A DNA stretch of 63,695 nt from an uncultured virus (IMG/VR IMGVR_UViG_3300021389_000006) (taxonomy: Duplodnaviria; Heunggongvirae; Uroviricota; Caudoviricetes), in IMG/VR virus record IMGVR_UViG_3300021389_000006; one strand, written 5' to 3'. The notes below the pieces were generated by a model. The model did no database searches. It was not told the DNA's origin and saw nothing but the letters and a program-made list of their open reading frames with translations. The position numbers were made by a program, and so were the translations under genes. Shown in pieces: positions 46,623-56,973 of this stretch (the first letter of the stretch is position 1; each line of letters begins with the position of its first letter).

Positions 46623-48801
46623 AATCATTCCTATATATGATGGAGAATGGGGTACTAGAGAGTTTAAAACAGACTTAGAATTTAGAGAGTATCTAGAGCT
46701 TATTTTTAAAGAGCCAGGAGAGTATGAATTTACTGAAATGTCTTTTAAATTTAATGAGCAAGCACGCATATTCAATAAAGAAGGTGTGTATTGTAGTGCT
46801 CCCTTTAGATCAAAAGACTTTACAGCATATTGGGAAGATCAAAAGAATAAGTGTAGGAGTGGTGTAATATTTAAAGATGGAGACGCTGAATGGTATTTAA
46901 CCAGAGATTACTACATGTGGCTCAACTTCTTACCTATATTTGATAAAGAAGAAAAGCACTACGGATTTGCTAAAGTAAGAGATGCACAATATCATATGGC
47001 ACTCTATGAGATTATTGCTGAATTAAATAATCAACACGTAGCTATTTTAAAGAAAAGACAGATTGCTTCTTCATATTTTCATATGGGTAAGATTATCAAT
47101 CAGTATTGGTTTGAAGAAGGATCAATATGTAAAGTAGGTGCTTCACTTAAAGATTACATTAATGATAAAGGTTCATGGAAGTTTTTAGAAGAGTATAAGA
47201 CATTTTTAAATGAACATACTGCATGGTATAGACCTAGTAATCCAGAGAAAGTTCTTTTATGGCAACAACAGATTGAAGTTAAAGTAAATAACAGAAAAAC
47301 TTCAAGAGGTTTAAAATCTAAAATTCAAGGTGCATCTTTTGAGAAGAATGCAACAACTGGAGTTGGTGGACCATGTACTTACTTTTTTCATGAGGAAGCA
47401 GGTATTGCTAAAAACATGATGCAGACTTATGAGTACTTACGTCCAGCAATGTCTTCCGGTATGATGACAACTGGGCAATTTATTGCTGCAGGATCTGTGG
47501 GTGATTTAGAACAATGTGGACCATTAAAGGATATGATTCTCAATCCTGGTGCAAATGATATATATGCTGTAGAAACTAATTTAATGGACGCTGATGGCAC
47601 TATAGCAATGGCAGGTCTATTCATACCAGAGCAATGGTCAATGCCACCATACATTGATGATTATGGTAATTCTCAAATAGAAGAAGCTATACAAGCAATT
47701 AGAATAGAAAGAGAAAGATGGAAGAATGAATTAAGTGGTGAACAATTTCAATTAAGAATATCTCAGAAACCATTAAACATTGCTGAAGCATTTGCATATA
47801 GAAAAGAATCTGTTTTTCCACAAGGTGTAGTTAGTAAGCAATTAAAAAGGATTGAAGAAAAAGAATACTCATATGAGTTAATTAAACTTGATAGAGATGA
47901 GACAGGAATTATTGCATCAAGAACAAGTAAGTTACCTATTTCACAATTTCCAGTAAATAAAAAACAAACAGATAAGACGGGATCAATTGTAGTATGGGAA
48001 AGACCAGCTAAGAAAAGACCAGACTTTGGTGCTTATTATGCTTCTATTGACCCTGTATCAGAAGGTAAGACAACTACATCAGATTCATTATGTAGTATTT
48101 TTATATATAAGAATGCAATTGAGGTAACTAGACAATTAGCTAGTGGAGATGTAGAACAATTTATAGAAAAGGATAAGATTGTAGCAGCATGGTGTGGTAG
48201 GTTTGATGATATAAACAAAACACATGAAAGACTTGAGATGCTTATAGAATGGTATAATGCATGGACTATTGTAGAAAACAATATAAGTTTATTTATCCAA
48301 CATATGATTGCTAGAAAGAAACAAAGATATTTAGTTCCAAAGCAACAGATATTATTTTTAAAAGATTTAGGATCTAACAAAACAGTATATCAGGAATACG
48401 GTTGGAAGAATACAGGGACTTTGTTTAAAAGTCATTTAATATCATATGCTATTGAATTTTTAAGAGAAGTTATTGATGAAGAAACAGATGAAGAAGGTAA
48501 TGTAATGTCTCAAACTTTTGGTGTAGAAAGAATACCAGATCCTATGCTTTTAAAAGAAATGCAGGCTTATTATCCTGGACTTAACGTGGATAGATTAGTT
48601 GCATTTGGTGCATTAATTGCATTTGTCAAAATTCAACAGTCTAACAGAGGATATACTAAAAGACGTGAATCAGAGGATAATTCCTTGGTAAATTCAGAAA
48701 AAATAAGTAAATTAAAGTATAGTCCGTTTAAGAATCTTGGACGTAATAGAAGAGATAATAGTACTAGAATTAAAAGATCTGGCTTTAAAAATTATAGATA
48801 A
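46615..48801 (+). CDS. terL: Terminase large subunit (crAss-type)
   Basis: LKKRQIASSY, FHEEAG, GSVGD, SIDPV, ENN, NVDRLVAF. Confidence 0.95.
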   Translation: MSRIIPIYDGEWGTREFKTDLEFREYLELIFKEPGEYEFTEMSFKFNEQARIFNKEGVYCSAPFRSKDFTAYWEDQKNKCRSGVIFKDGDAEWYLTRDYYMWLNFLPIFDKEEKHYGFAKVRDAQYHMALYEIIAELNNQHVAILKKRQIASSYFHMGKIINQYWFEEGSICKVGASLKDYINDKGSWKFLEEYKTFLNEHTAWYRPSNPEKVLLWQQQIEVKVNNRKTSRGLKSKIQGASFEKNATTGVGGPCTYFFHEEAGIAKNMMQTYEYLRPAMSSGMMTTGQFIAAGSVGDLEQCGPLKDMILNPGANDIYAVETNLMDADGTIAMAGLFIPEQWSMPPYIDDYGNSQIEEAIQAIRIERERWKNELSGEQFQLRISQKPLNIAEAFAYRKESVFPQGVVSKQLKRIEEKEYSYELIKLDRDETGIIASRTSKLPISQFPVNKKQTDKTGSIVVWERPAKKRPDFGAYYASIDPVSEGKTTTSDSLCSIFIYKNAIEVTRQLASGDVEQFIEKDKIVAAWCGRFDDINKTHERLEMLIEWYNAWTIVENNISLFIQHMIARKKQRYLVPKQQILFLKDLGSNKTVYQEYGWKNTGTLFKSHLISYAIEFLREVIDEETDEEGNVMSQTFGVERIPDPMLLKEMQAYYPGLNVDRLVAFGALIAFVKIQQSNRGYTKRRESEDNSLVNSEKISKLKYSPFKNLGRNRRDNSTRIKRSGFKNYR

Positions 48802-51552
48802 ATGAGAGTATTAAATGCAATGCAACTTAAGAATGGTGCCAAAGCTGAAAGCGGGCCTACATTTTCTAGTTTAACACAGCCAGTACAATTTTTACCATAT
48901 AAGAAAAAAGATGATGATTGGGCAGCATGGAATTTAGATTGGCTAGAGCTACAAGGAATAGAATTCTTACGTATCAATTCAAGAAGATTATTAAAGAACT
49001 ATAAACTTGCAAAAGGTATTATAGATAAATCAGATTACATTGTTGAACCTGACAATGAATATAAAGATTTAATGGATACTTTAACAAGAGAAAATGATTC
49101 TGCGTTAGAGTTAAAGTTTTATCCAATAGTTCCAAATGTAATAAATGTACTTACGGGGGAATTTGCTAAAAGATATTCTAAAGTACAATTTAGAGCAGTA
49201 GATGATGCATCTTATAATGAGATGTTAGAGCAGAAAAGAATGCAAATAGAAGAAGCACTGTTATCAGATGCTGAAGCAAACTTAGTACGTAGAATGGTAG
49301 AGATGGGTATGGACCCTGCATCTGAAGAAGCTCAACAACAATTATCACCAGAAGCAATAAAATCATTACCAGAAATAGAAGACTTTTTTAGTAAGTCATA
49401 TAGAAGTATGGTAGAAGAGTGGGCATCTCACCAACTTGCAGTAGATGATGAAAGATTCAAAATGCAAGAACTTGAAGAAAGAGCCTTTAGAGATATGCTT
49501 ATTGCGGACAGAGAATTCTGGCATTTCCGTATGCTAGAAGATGACTATGATATAGAACTCTGGAATCCTGTACTAACATTTTATCAAAAGTCTCCAGATC
49601 AAAGATATATTGCTGATTCTAATTATGCTGGTAAAATAGATTTAATGACTGTATCAGATGCAATAGATAGATATGGTTATTTGATGGATGAAAAACAACT
49701 AAAGTCATTACAAAGAATCTATCCTGCTAGATCTGCACAATATCAAGTAAATGGTTATCAAAATGATGGTGCTTATTATGATCCTCAAAGATCACATGAA
49801 TGGAATACTAATGCACCAGGTTTAGCTTATAGACAATTTACATCTAATTACTGGAATGATCCTGCTAATGGTGGAGATATACTTAGTGAGATACTTGATG
49901 AGAATGAAGATGTATCATCATGGGGTGAAGGAAACTTACTTAGAGTTGCTACAATTTATTGGAAGACTCAAAGAAAAGTTGGACACTTAACTAAGATTGA
50001 AGATGATGGTGAAGTTACACAAGAAATTATTGATGAAACATTTAAGATAACTAAAAAGGCTATTTATGATACATCAATATTTAAACAAAAAACTAAAGAA
50101 AATTTATTAGCAGGAGAACATATTGACTGGATATGGATTAATGAAGTATGGGGTGGTGTTAAGATAGGTCCTAATTTACCTGCTATGTGGAGATCTACTA
50201 TGGGTGATAATATTAATCCAATTTATATAGGTATTAATAGAACTAAACCTGGTAGATTACCATTTCAATTTAAAGGAAACAATACACTTTATGGATGTAA
50301 ACTTCCAGTAGAAGGAAGAGTATTTTCAGATAGAAACACTAGATCTACATCATTAGTTGATCTAATGAAAGCATATCAAGTTGGGTACAATATGGTTAAT
50401 AACCAGATTGCAGACATTCTAATAGATGAATTAGGAACAGTAATCATGTTTGATCAGAATGCTTTACCACGTCACTCAATGGGAGAAGACTGGGGTAAAA
50501 ATAATTATTCAAAAGCATGGGTAGCAATGAAAGATTTTCAAATGTTACCATTAGATACTTCAATTACTAATACTGAGAATGCCACCAACTTCAATCATTA
50601 CCAGACTCTAAACATGGAGCAAACAAATAGATTGATGTCTAGAATACAACTAGCAAACTATTTTAAGCAACAATGTTTTGATGCTATAGGTATTAACCCA
50701 CAGCGTTTAGGTGGTGCTGTATCAGCTCAAACAGCTACAGGTGTAGTTCAAGCTATGCAGCAATCTTATGCACAAACAGAAATGTATTTTGTACAGCATT
50801 CAGATCATTTAATGCCAAGAGTGCATCAAATGAGAACTGACTTAGCACAATACTATTACAGTAATAATCCAAGCCTAAGATTGCAATATATCTCTACAGA
50901 GGCTGAGAAGGTTAATTTTACTATAAATGGTACTGATCTATTACTTAGAGATTTTAATGTATTTGCAACTACTAAAACTAATCATAGAGCTATATTAGAA
51001 AACCTAAAACAAATGGCTCTTACAAATAATACAACAGGAGCAAGTATTTATGAATTAGGTAATATTGTTAAAGCTGACTCAATTGCAGAAGTATCAGACA
51101 TACTTAAAGACTCTGAAACTAGAATACAGAAGCAAAGAGAACAGGATATGCAGCAGCAACGTCAAATGCAAGAGCAACAATTAAAAGCTAAGCAGCAAGA
51201 AGAACAACAAAAACTTCAAGTAGAAATGTCTGAAAATGAAAAAGACAGACAAAATGATATTACATTAGCAGAAATCAGATCAGCAGGGTATGGTTCTATG
51301 GTAGATATAAATCAAAATCAAGTATCTGATTATCAGGATGCTATGAAAGAGATTAGAGAGACTACTCAATATAGAGAGCAAATGAATATGAAACGTGAAG
51401 AAAACAGTTCTAAACAAGCTATGGAGAATAGCAGATTATCTGTTGAAAGAGAAAAAATTGCTGCTGATAAACAGATTGCTGATACAAAACTACAAATTGC
51501 AAGAGAGAATAAAAACAAGTATGATTCACCAAAAAAGGAAGATAAAAAATAA
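48802..51552 (+). CDS. Portal protein
   Basis: Follows terL; NYKLAKGII, FYPIVPNVINVLTGE, WINEVWGG.KIG, GINPQRLG; Q-rich coiled tail. Confidence 0.92.
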   Translation: MRVLNAMQLKNGAKAESGPTFSSLTQPVQFLPYKKKDDDWAAWNLDWLELQGIEFLRINSRRLLKNYKLAKGIIDKSDYIVEPDNEYKDLMDTLTRENDSALELKFYPIVPNVINVLTGEFAKRYSKVQFRAVDDASYNEMLEQKRMQIEEALLSDAEANLVRRMVEMGMDPASEEAQQQLSPEAIKSLPEIEDFFSKSYRSMVEEWASHQLAVDDERFKMQELEERAFRDMLIADREFWHFRMLEDDYDIELWNPVLTFYQKSPDQRYIADSNYAGKIDLMTVSDAIDRYGYLMDEKQLKSLQRIYPARSAQYQVNGYQNDGAYYDPQRSHEWNTNAPGLAYRQFTSNYWNDPANGGDILSEILDENEDVSSWGEGNLLRVATIYWKTQRKVGHLTKIEDDGEVTQEIIDETFKITKKAIYDTSIFKQKTKENLLAGEHIDWIWINEVWGGVKIGPNLPAMWRSTMGDNINPIYIGINRTKPGRLPFQFKGNNTLYGCKLPVEGRVFSDRNTRSTSLVDLMKAYQVGYNMVNNQIADILIDELGTVIMFDQNALPRHSMGEDWGKNNYSKAWVAMKDFQMLPLDTSITNTENATNFNHYQTLNMEQTNRLMSRIQLANYFKQQCFDAIGINPQRLGGAVSAQTATGVVQAMQQSYAQTEMYFVQHSDHLMPRVHQMRTDLAQYYYSNNPSLRLQYISTEAEKVNFTINGTDLLLRDFNVFATTKTNHRAILENLKQMALTNNTTGASIYELGNIVKADSIAEVSDILKDSETRIQKQREQDMQQQRQMQEQQLKAKQQEEQQKLQVEMSENEKDRQNDITLAEIRSAGYGSMVDINQNQVSDYQDAMKEIRETTQYREQMNMKREENSSKQAMENSRLSVEREKIAADKQIADTKLQIARENKNKYDSPKKEDKK

Positions 51553-51553
51553 G

Positions 51554-51650
51554 CGTTAGCTATATACTGCATTTTATTTTCATTTTTAAGAAAATTTTTT
51601 AAGTTTAACATAGCAATTTATAATAAAAGAATTCTTATATTATGTATGTA
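51554..51650 (+). promoter_or_regulatory. CGTTAGCTATAT upstream element plus TATATTAT promoter core for the scaffold/capsid operon
   Basis: Element at 51554-51582; core at 51636-51643. Confidence 0.5.
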
Positions 51651-51682
51651 AGAAGTTATTAATATTAAAACCAACAAATATT

Positions 51683-52999
51683 ATGAGTGCAACGCAAACA
51701 CAAACTGTGAATAGTAAAGTAGAACAAGTAGATATTAACTTAGATGAAATCTTTAATGCAGCTCCAAGTGGTGCTGATATGATTCAAGATACTAAGGCTA
51801 AACCAAAAAACATTTTTTCTGGTTTAAATGATAAAGCTGACATGTCTTTTGCTGATCCAGATATTTCTGATGCTGATGACTTAGATGCAAAAGTAGAAGA
51901 AAACAAAAAAGAAGAAACTGTTGAAGCAGAAGCTACTGAAGAAGTTAAAGCTGAAACTAAAACAGAAACTAAAGTAGAAGCTGATGTAGAAGATATATTA
52001 GATTCTTTAGATGTAGGAGAAGAAGAAGAAGAAAACAAACCAAAAGAAAAAAGAGGTAGAAAATCAATTAGTGGTATCTCAGATGTATTTGGTAAACTTA
52101 TTAAAGATGATAAGATTGTACCATTTGATGATGATAAATCATTAGAAGAATATACTGCTAAAGACTGGGAAGAGTTAATTGAAGCTAATCTAGAAGAAAA
52201 AGCTAGACAAGTAAGAAGTGAAACTCCAAAACAATTTTTCCAGAGCTTACCACAAGAATTACAAATAGCTGCAAAGTATGTAGCTGATGGTGGTAAAGAT
52301 TTAAAAGGTTTATTTTCTACATTATCTCAAGTAGAGCAACATAAAGAGTTAAACATTAAAAAAGCATCTGATCAAGAAAAGATCATTACTGAATATTTAA
52401 GTGCAACTGGTTATGGTACTGCTGAGGATATACAAGAAGAAATTGAAATTTGGAAAGACTTAGGTAAACTTGAAACACAAGCTTCTAAGTTTAAACCAAA
52501 ATTAGATAAGATGCAAGAAAAAGTTGTTGCACAAAAACTCAAAGAACAAGAGTTGAAGAAAAAACAACAAGAGCATGCATCACAACAATATATGAAAAAT
52601 GTCTATGAGACATTAAAAGAAGGTAAATTAGGAGATATTAAAGTTGATAGAAAGACTCAAGCTATGTTATATAATGGTTTAGTACAACCTAACTATCCTT
52701 CAGTAAGTGGAACTAATACAAATCTATTAGGTCACTTATTAGAAAAGTATCAATTTGTGGAGCCTAATTATGCATTAATCTCTGAAGCACTATGGTTATT
52801 ACAAGACCCAGTAGCTTACAAAGCAAAGATTATGGATAAGGGTGCACAAAAGAGTGTTGAGAAAACGGTTAGAAAATTGAAGAGTGAGCAAACAAATGCA
52901 GGTGGTGCATCATTGGGAGTTCAAGCAAGAGATGAAGAAGTTAAAAGAACTTCTAAAAGAAAGATTCAAAGACCTACCAACATATTTAAAAGAATTTAA
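51683..52999 (+). CDS. Putative scaffolding protein
   Basis: Acidic low-complexity N-terminus and coiled coil; between portal and MCP. Confidence 0.7.
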   Translation: MSATQTQTVNSKVEQVDINLDEIFNAAPSGADMIQDTKAKPKNIFSGLNDKADMSFADPDISDADDLDAKVEENKKEETVEAEATEEVKAETKTETKVEADVEDILDSLDVGEEEEENKPKEKRGRKSISGISDVFGKLIKDDKIVPFDDDKSLEEYTAKDWEELIEANLEEKARQVRSETPKQFFQSLPQELQIAAKYVADGGKDLKGLFSTLSQVEQHKELNIKKASDQEKIITEYLSATGYGTAEDIQEEIEIWKDLGKLETQASKFKPKLDKMQEKVVAQKLKEQELKKKQQEHASQQYMKNVYETLKEGKLGDIKVDRKTQAMLYNGLVQPNYPSVSGTNTNLLGHLLEKYQFVEPNYALISEALWLLQDPVAYKAKIMDKGAQKSVEKTVRKLKSEQTNAGGASLGVQARDEEVKRTSKRKIQRPTNIFKRI

Positions 53000-53054
53000 T
53001 TTAACATTAAATATATAAACTGAAATTAATTATTAACTAAAAACAATCAAAATT

Positions 53055-54674
53055 ATGGCAACTCCAGTTTTAAATAATGGGATTTTCCTACGTGATACAA
53101 GCTATAAAGCAAGTTCACATGTTGATTCTTATCACCTTACCCAAATGCTTGGTAACCCTGAGCCTATGGATATGGGACCAATTGATTTATGGGCTATGAC
53201 CCAAAAGGTAGAAATGCCTTTATATCAAATGGCTTCTTTTGGTGGAAAGAATACTATCATGGTGGATAACGCTAGAGGTGAGTACAAGTGGCAAACTCCT
53301 ATTGCACAGGATCTTCCTTATATTGTAGCAGACATTGAACCAGCTAATGCTAGCAAAGGTGTAGATGGAACTCTATTTAAGATCAAGATCAACAAGAGAA
53401 CTTTTGGACATGGTGACATTATTACTTATGATAAGTATAATGGATTAGAATTGTACATTACTGCGGATGATATTATCCCAGCTGGTGACGGTTTTGTTTA
53501 CACTGTTCAATTAGTTAACAACAATAACACAGCTTTCTTGGATAACAAGTATTTAGCTAAAGGTACTAAATTCTTCAGAAAAGGTTCTGCAAGAGGTGAG
53601 TACGGAGAAAGATTCTCTGACATTGAAACAGGTTCTGGTTTCCGTGAATTCTACAACTTTGTAGGAGGAGCTGAAGCACACGTACACTATTCAATTTCTT
53701 CAAGAGCAGATTTAATGATCAAAGGCGGATTAAACGCTGATGGTACTGTACCTGTTACTGAAATCTGGAGAAACTTTAATACAGATCCAAACAATCCATC
53801 AGTACCAAGTATTGAAGGACTAGTAGCAAACATGGGTAAAGCGGGTGCTAGAGAAGCATTTGAGAATGGAACTCTAACAAGAACTTTCATTACAAATATG
53901 GAAGCAGCTCACTTATCTAAAATTGCAACGGATATTGAAACTTACCTAATGTGGGGTAAAGGTGGTAGAATTAAGCAAGATGGACCGGATGACATTAGAT
54001 TATCTGTAGGTTTATGGGCACAGTTAGATAACTCTTTCAAGAGAGTATACAACAAGTCTTCATTTACACTTGACATGTTTAAATCTGAACTTTATAACTT
54101 CTATCAAGGTAAAGTTGAGTTCAAAGGACCAGACCCACAAAGATCACTTGTTGTACAAACAGGTATTGGTGGTATGCAATTAATCAACAAAGCAATTGCT
54201 GATGAAGTGTATGGTTCAGGATTAGTACAAAACGCTTCTGAGATTGGAGCAGTATCTGGTTCAGGAATGGATCTAGATTATGGTTTTGCTTACACAAGCT
54301 TTACTATTCCTTTCTTAGCTAACGTTAAGTTTGTATTGAATCCAGCATTTGATAACTTAAATACTAATGACATTGAGAATCCATTAATTGATGGAAGACC
54401 TCTAAGTTCATTTAGCTTTATTATCTTTGATGTAACTGATGAAGGAAATGACAACATTCACTTGTTGAAACTTTCTTGGGATAATCAACTTAAGTGGTTC
54501 TACCAAAATGGTACTATGGACTACATGGGAAGAACTCAAGGATTTGCATCTACTGGTCAGTTCAATGGATACAGAGTATATATGACTCAAACCATGCCAG
54601 CTATATGGGTTAAGGATCCAACTAAAGTTCTTAAAATTGTAATGAGAAACCCTGTTACAGGAGGATCATTCTAA
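53055..54674 (+). CDS. Major capsid protein
   Basis: Position after portal and scaffold; EYKW, YLMWGKG, GLWAQL, VVQTG.GGM, IWVKDPT; biased codon use; strong terminator. Confidence 0.92.
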   Translation: MATPVLNNGIFLRDTSYKASSHVDSYHLTQMLGNPEPMDMGPIDLWAMTQKVEMPLYQMASFGGKNTIMVDNARGEYKWQTPIAQDLPYIVADIEPANASKGVDGTLFKIKINKRTFGHGDIITYDKYNGLELYITADDIIPAGDGFVYTVQLVNNNNTAFLDNKYLAKGTKFFRKGSARGEYGERFSDIETGSGFREFYNFVGGAEAHVHYSISSRADLMIKGGLNADGTVPVTEIWRNFNTDPNNPSVPSIEGLVANMGKAGAREAFENGTLTRTFITNMEAAHLSKIATDIETYLMWGKGGRIKQDGPDDIRLSVGLWAQLDNSFKRVYNKSSFTLDMFKSELYNFYQGKVEFKGPDPQRSLVVQTGIGGMQLINKAIADEVYGSGLVQNASEIGAVSGSGMDLDYGFAYTSFTIPFLANVKFVLNPAFDNLNTNDIENPLIDGRPLSSFSFIIFDVTDEGNDNIHLLKLSWDNQLKWFYQNGTMDYMGRTQGFASTGQFNGYRVYMTQTMPAIWVKDPTKVLKIVMRNPVTGGSF

Positions 54675-54687
54675 GAACTATAACATT

Positions 54688-54726
54688 AAAGGGGAGGTGG
54701 TTTATGCCTCCTCCCTTTTTATTTTT
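54688..54726 (+). terminator. Intrinsic terminator after MCP
   Basis: GGGGAGG...CCTCCTCCC followed by a T run. Confidence 0.8.
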
Positions 54727-54746
54727 AACCTTTAAATATAATAATC

Positions 54747-54986
54747 ATGGGAGCACCAAAACAATTAACTAAGCTGAAGCAACAATTTGAAAGCCCAGCT
54801 TATGAAGGTGTATCAAGAGCAGAAACAGGAAATGCTAGATTACTACATGTTAATGAAGTAATTAGTTGGATACGTGATGTAGCCAGTTCTGATTCATATG
54901 CAAATGAAGCGGCAGCTATTGCAGCCGGTTTAAAAAAGGGTGATATATATCATACAGCAGGAGCTTTAAAAATTGTTATAGGCTAA
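54747..54986 (+). CDS. Small putative capsid-associated protein
   Basis: YANEAAAIAAGLKKGDIYHTAGALKIV motif, directly after MCP. Confidence 0.7.
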   Translation: MGAPKQLTKLKQQFESPAYEGVSRAETGNARLLHVNEVISWIRDVASSDSYANEAAAIAAGLKKGDIYHTAGALKIVIG

Positions 54987-55000
54987 AAGTCAAAAACTTT

Positions 55001-55022
55001 AGCAAGGGTAAAACCTTGCTTT
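55001..55022 (+). terminator. Terminator-like hairpin
   Basis: AGCAAGG/CCTTGCT followed by TT. Confidence 0.6.
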
Positions 55023-55107
55023 AGAAATATTAGTAATAATAAAATGTGCATTAAGTTGCATTATTTGACGTGAGTAACAATTATTAATTTTTAAAAAAAA
55101 CCAAAGA

Positions 55108-56127
55108 ATGGAAGATTACACTATTGTTGAAAAGTATCAACACAAAAAGAAGACTAGCACTATTGCTATACGTCCTTATTTTAATCCCTCAAAAGAAAAT
55201 ATGGGGTTAGAACAATATGGTATGGCTATGCATGATGGAGTATATCATGAAGAGTCATTAGCATGTTTAGAAATGAATGGAGTTAAGAGATATGTAACAG
55301 GATTAAATGAGTTTGCTCCTGAAGTAAAGATGTTACCTCCTAAAGAAAAGAAGGCAAAGATTGCAGAAATCAGAAAGGTTGTTTCTGAATTAGAAGCTGA
55401 ATTAGCAGCAAACCAAGTTGATCCAGAAGATAAAGACTTTTGGAACAAACTAACTGTAATGAAGCCTGATAATTCTAAGTTTTGGGATAAGATTTCTTTA
55501 AGATGTGGTAATGATCCAGTGTATTTAGATGGTCATTTAGATCCATATGATAGAATTAAATTACATGCAATTAGAGCTGGTGGTTTTTCTATTGTAGCTA
55601 AGTCTTTAAAAGAAGCAAAAGCAGGTAATGATAACCATAAGTTTTATTTAGATACAGTTGAAGAAACACTTACAACTAGAACTGAATTAACTAAATTAAA
55701 GAATAGAGCATTGACATCTTTACAAAACTTATATGATTCAGATACTACAAAATTAATGTATGTATCTAAAGTATGTGATGCTGACAGTGTTCAATATACT
55801 AAATCAACACCTAATGATGTAATGTATGAAAACATGGATGAATACGTTAACGGAAGAGGTGCAGAGAACAATAAGAAAAGAGCTGCTAAACAATTCTTAG
55901 ATGTATCTAAATTAGATATGGAAGAATTAAAAATTAGAGCACTAATTAAAGATTGTTTATATTATAGATTTTTAACTACAAAAGCAGGTGGGTGGATTGA
56001 ACCAATTGATAGTGGTATTAGACTAGGTAAAAGACCAGCTGAATGTTTAGAGTTTTTAAAAGATCCAAAGAATGAAGAAACACTATTATCTTTATTAGAT
56101 AAAGTTGACCCATATTGGAATTCATAA
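55108..56127 (+). CDS. crAss-like post-capsid structural protein (portal-vertex-associated candidate)
   Basis: YVTGL, FW..I.L......LD...P.D.I; synteny between MCP and ring protein. Confidence 0.65.
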   Translation: MEDYTIVEKYQHKKKTSTIAIRPYFNPSKENMGLEQYGMAMHDGVYHEESLACLEMNGVKRYVTGLNEFAPEVKMLPPKEKKAKIAEIRKVVSELEAELAANQVDPEDKDFWNKLTVMKPDNSKFWDKISLRCGNDPVYLDGHLDPYDRIKLHAIRAGGFSIVAKSLKEAKAGNDNHKFYLDTVEETLTTRTELTKLKNRALTSLQNLYDSDTTKLMYVSKVCDADSVQYTKSTPNDVMYENMDEYVNGRGAENNKKRAAKQFLDVSKLDMEELKIRALIKDCLYYRFLTTKAGGWIEPIDSGIRLGKRPAECLEFLKDPKNEETLLSLLDKVDPYWNS

Positions 56128-56137
56128 ATATTAAAAA

Positions 56138-56845
56138 ATGGAAAATAACACGGCATTCTTAAAACTCAAACAAAGACTAAATAAATTAGATAGTCAAGAT
56201 TATGATAATATTGAGTGTTGGCAATTTATTGAGGCTTTTAATAAAGCTCAAATAGAATGGTGTAGAAGAAATTTACATGGTGGTAATATGTATAAAGAAG
56301 GAGATGAATTATCTAAGAAGAGAATAGATGATTTACAACCTTTGTTAAGAGAGTTATCTTTAGCAGGTACAGTTACACCGGAGTATTTTGAATCTACTAA
56401 TTTTCCAGTTGATACTTATTTAGAATTTAAAACTGTTACCACTGATGCAAACCAAGAGTGTTGTCCTGAACCAAGATCAATGACTGTATATTTGGCTGAA
56501 GAAGCTAATGTACCATTGATCTTAAGGGACCCACTTAAGAACCCTAGTTTTGAATGGGGTGAAACGTTTTGCACAATGTTAAATAATACAATAAGAATAT
56601 ACAGAAATACAGATTTTAATATTGTAAATCCTGTATTAACTTATTATGAGAAGCCTACAAATATACAAATGATTGGATGTGTGGATCCTTATACGGGTTT
56701 CCCAAGTGCTATCAATGTAAATTGTGAGTTCAAAGATGACTTAGTTGAGGTTATACTTGATGACACCGCAGCTATTATAGCTGGTGATATTGAGAATTCA
56801 TATCAACAACAAAGAGGAACTCAGGCTGCTGAAAGAAATAACTAA
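56138..56845 (+). CDS. Tail tubular/ring (adaptor) protein
   Basis: LNKLDS....FNKAQ.EW....KRIDDL..L, YYEKP, CEF.....EVILD. Confidence 0.8.
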   Translation: MENNTAFLKLKQRLNKLDSQDYDNIECWQFIEAFNKAQIEWCRRNLHGGNMYKEGDELSKKRIDDLQPLLRELSLAGTVTPEYFESTNFPVDTYLEFKTVTTDANQECCPEPRSMTVYLAEEANVPLILRDPLKNPSFEWGETFCTMLNNTIRIYRNTDFNIVNPVLTYYEKPTNIQMIGCVDPYTGFPSAINVNCEFKDDLVEVILDDTAAIIAGDIENSYQQQRGTQAAERNN

Positions 56846-56973
56846 TAAATTGCTTATCTAGTAGAAAAGTAGTATATTATTATAGTAACACTAAAGTTAC
56901 GAACAGAGTAAACTGGTAAAATCTTTATTTATTAACTAGTGGGGGTAATGGTCCTCACACAAATTTATTTATT

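Noticed and set aside
16644..54674. Inteins or introns in polB, dnaB, terL or MCP
   Set aside because: All are uninterrupted and of ordinary length; no intein termini or LAGLIDADG motifs seen.
619..56156. Short antisense ORFs from the track (e.g. 619, 1006, 2479, 2822, 3671, 5035, 8412, 12731, 19157, 26351, 39746, 40880, 47427, 48036, 51784, 55245)
   Set aside because: They shadow well-supported genes on the opposite strand and show no motifs.
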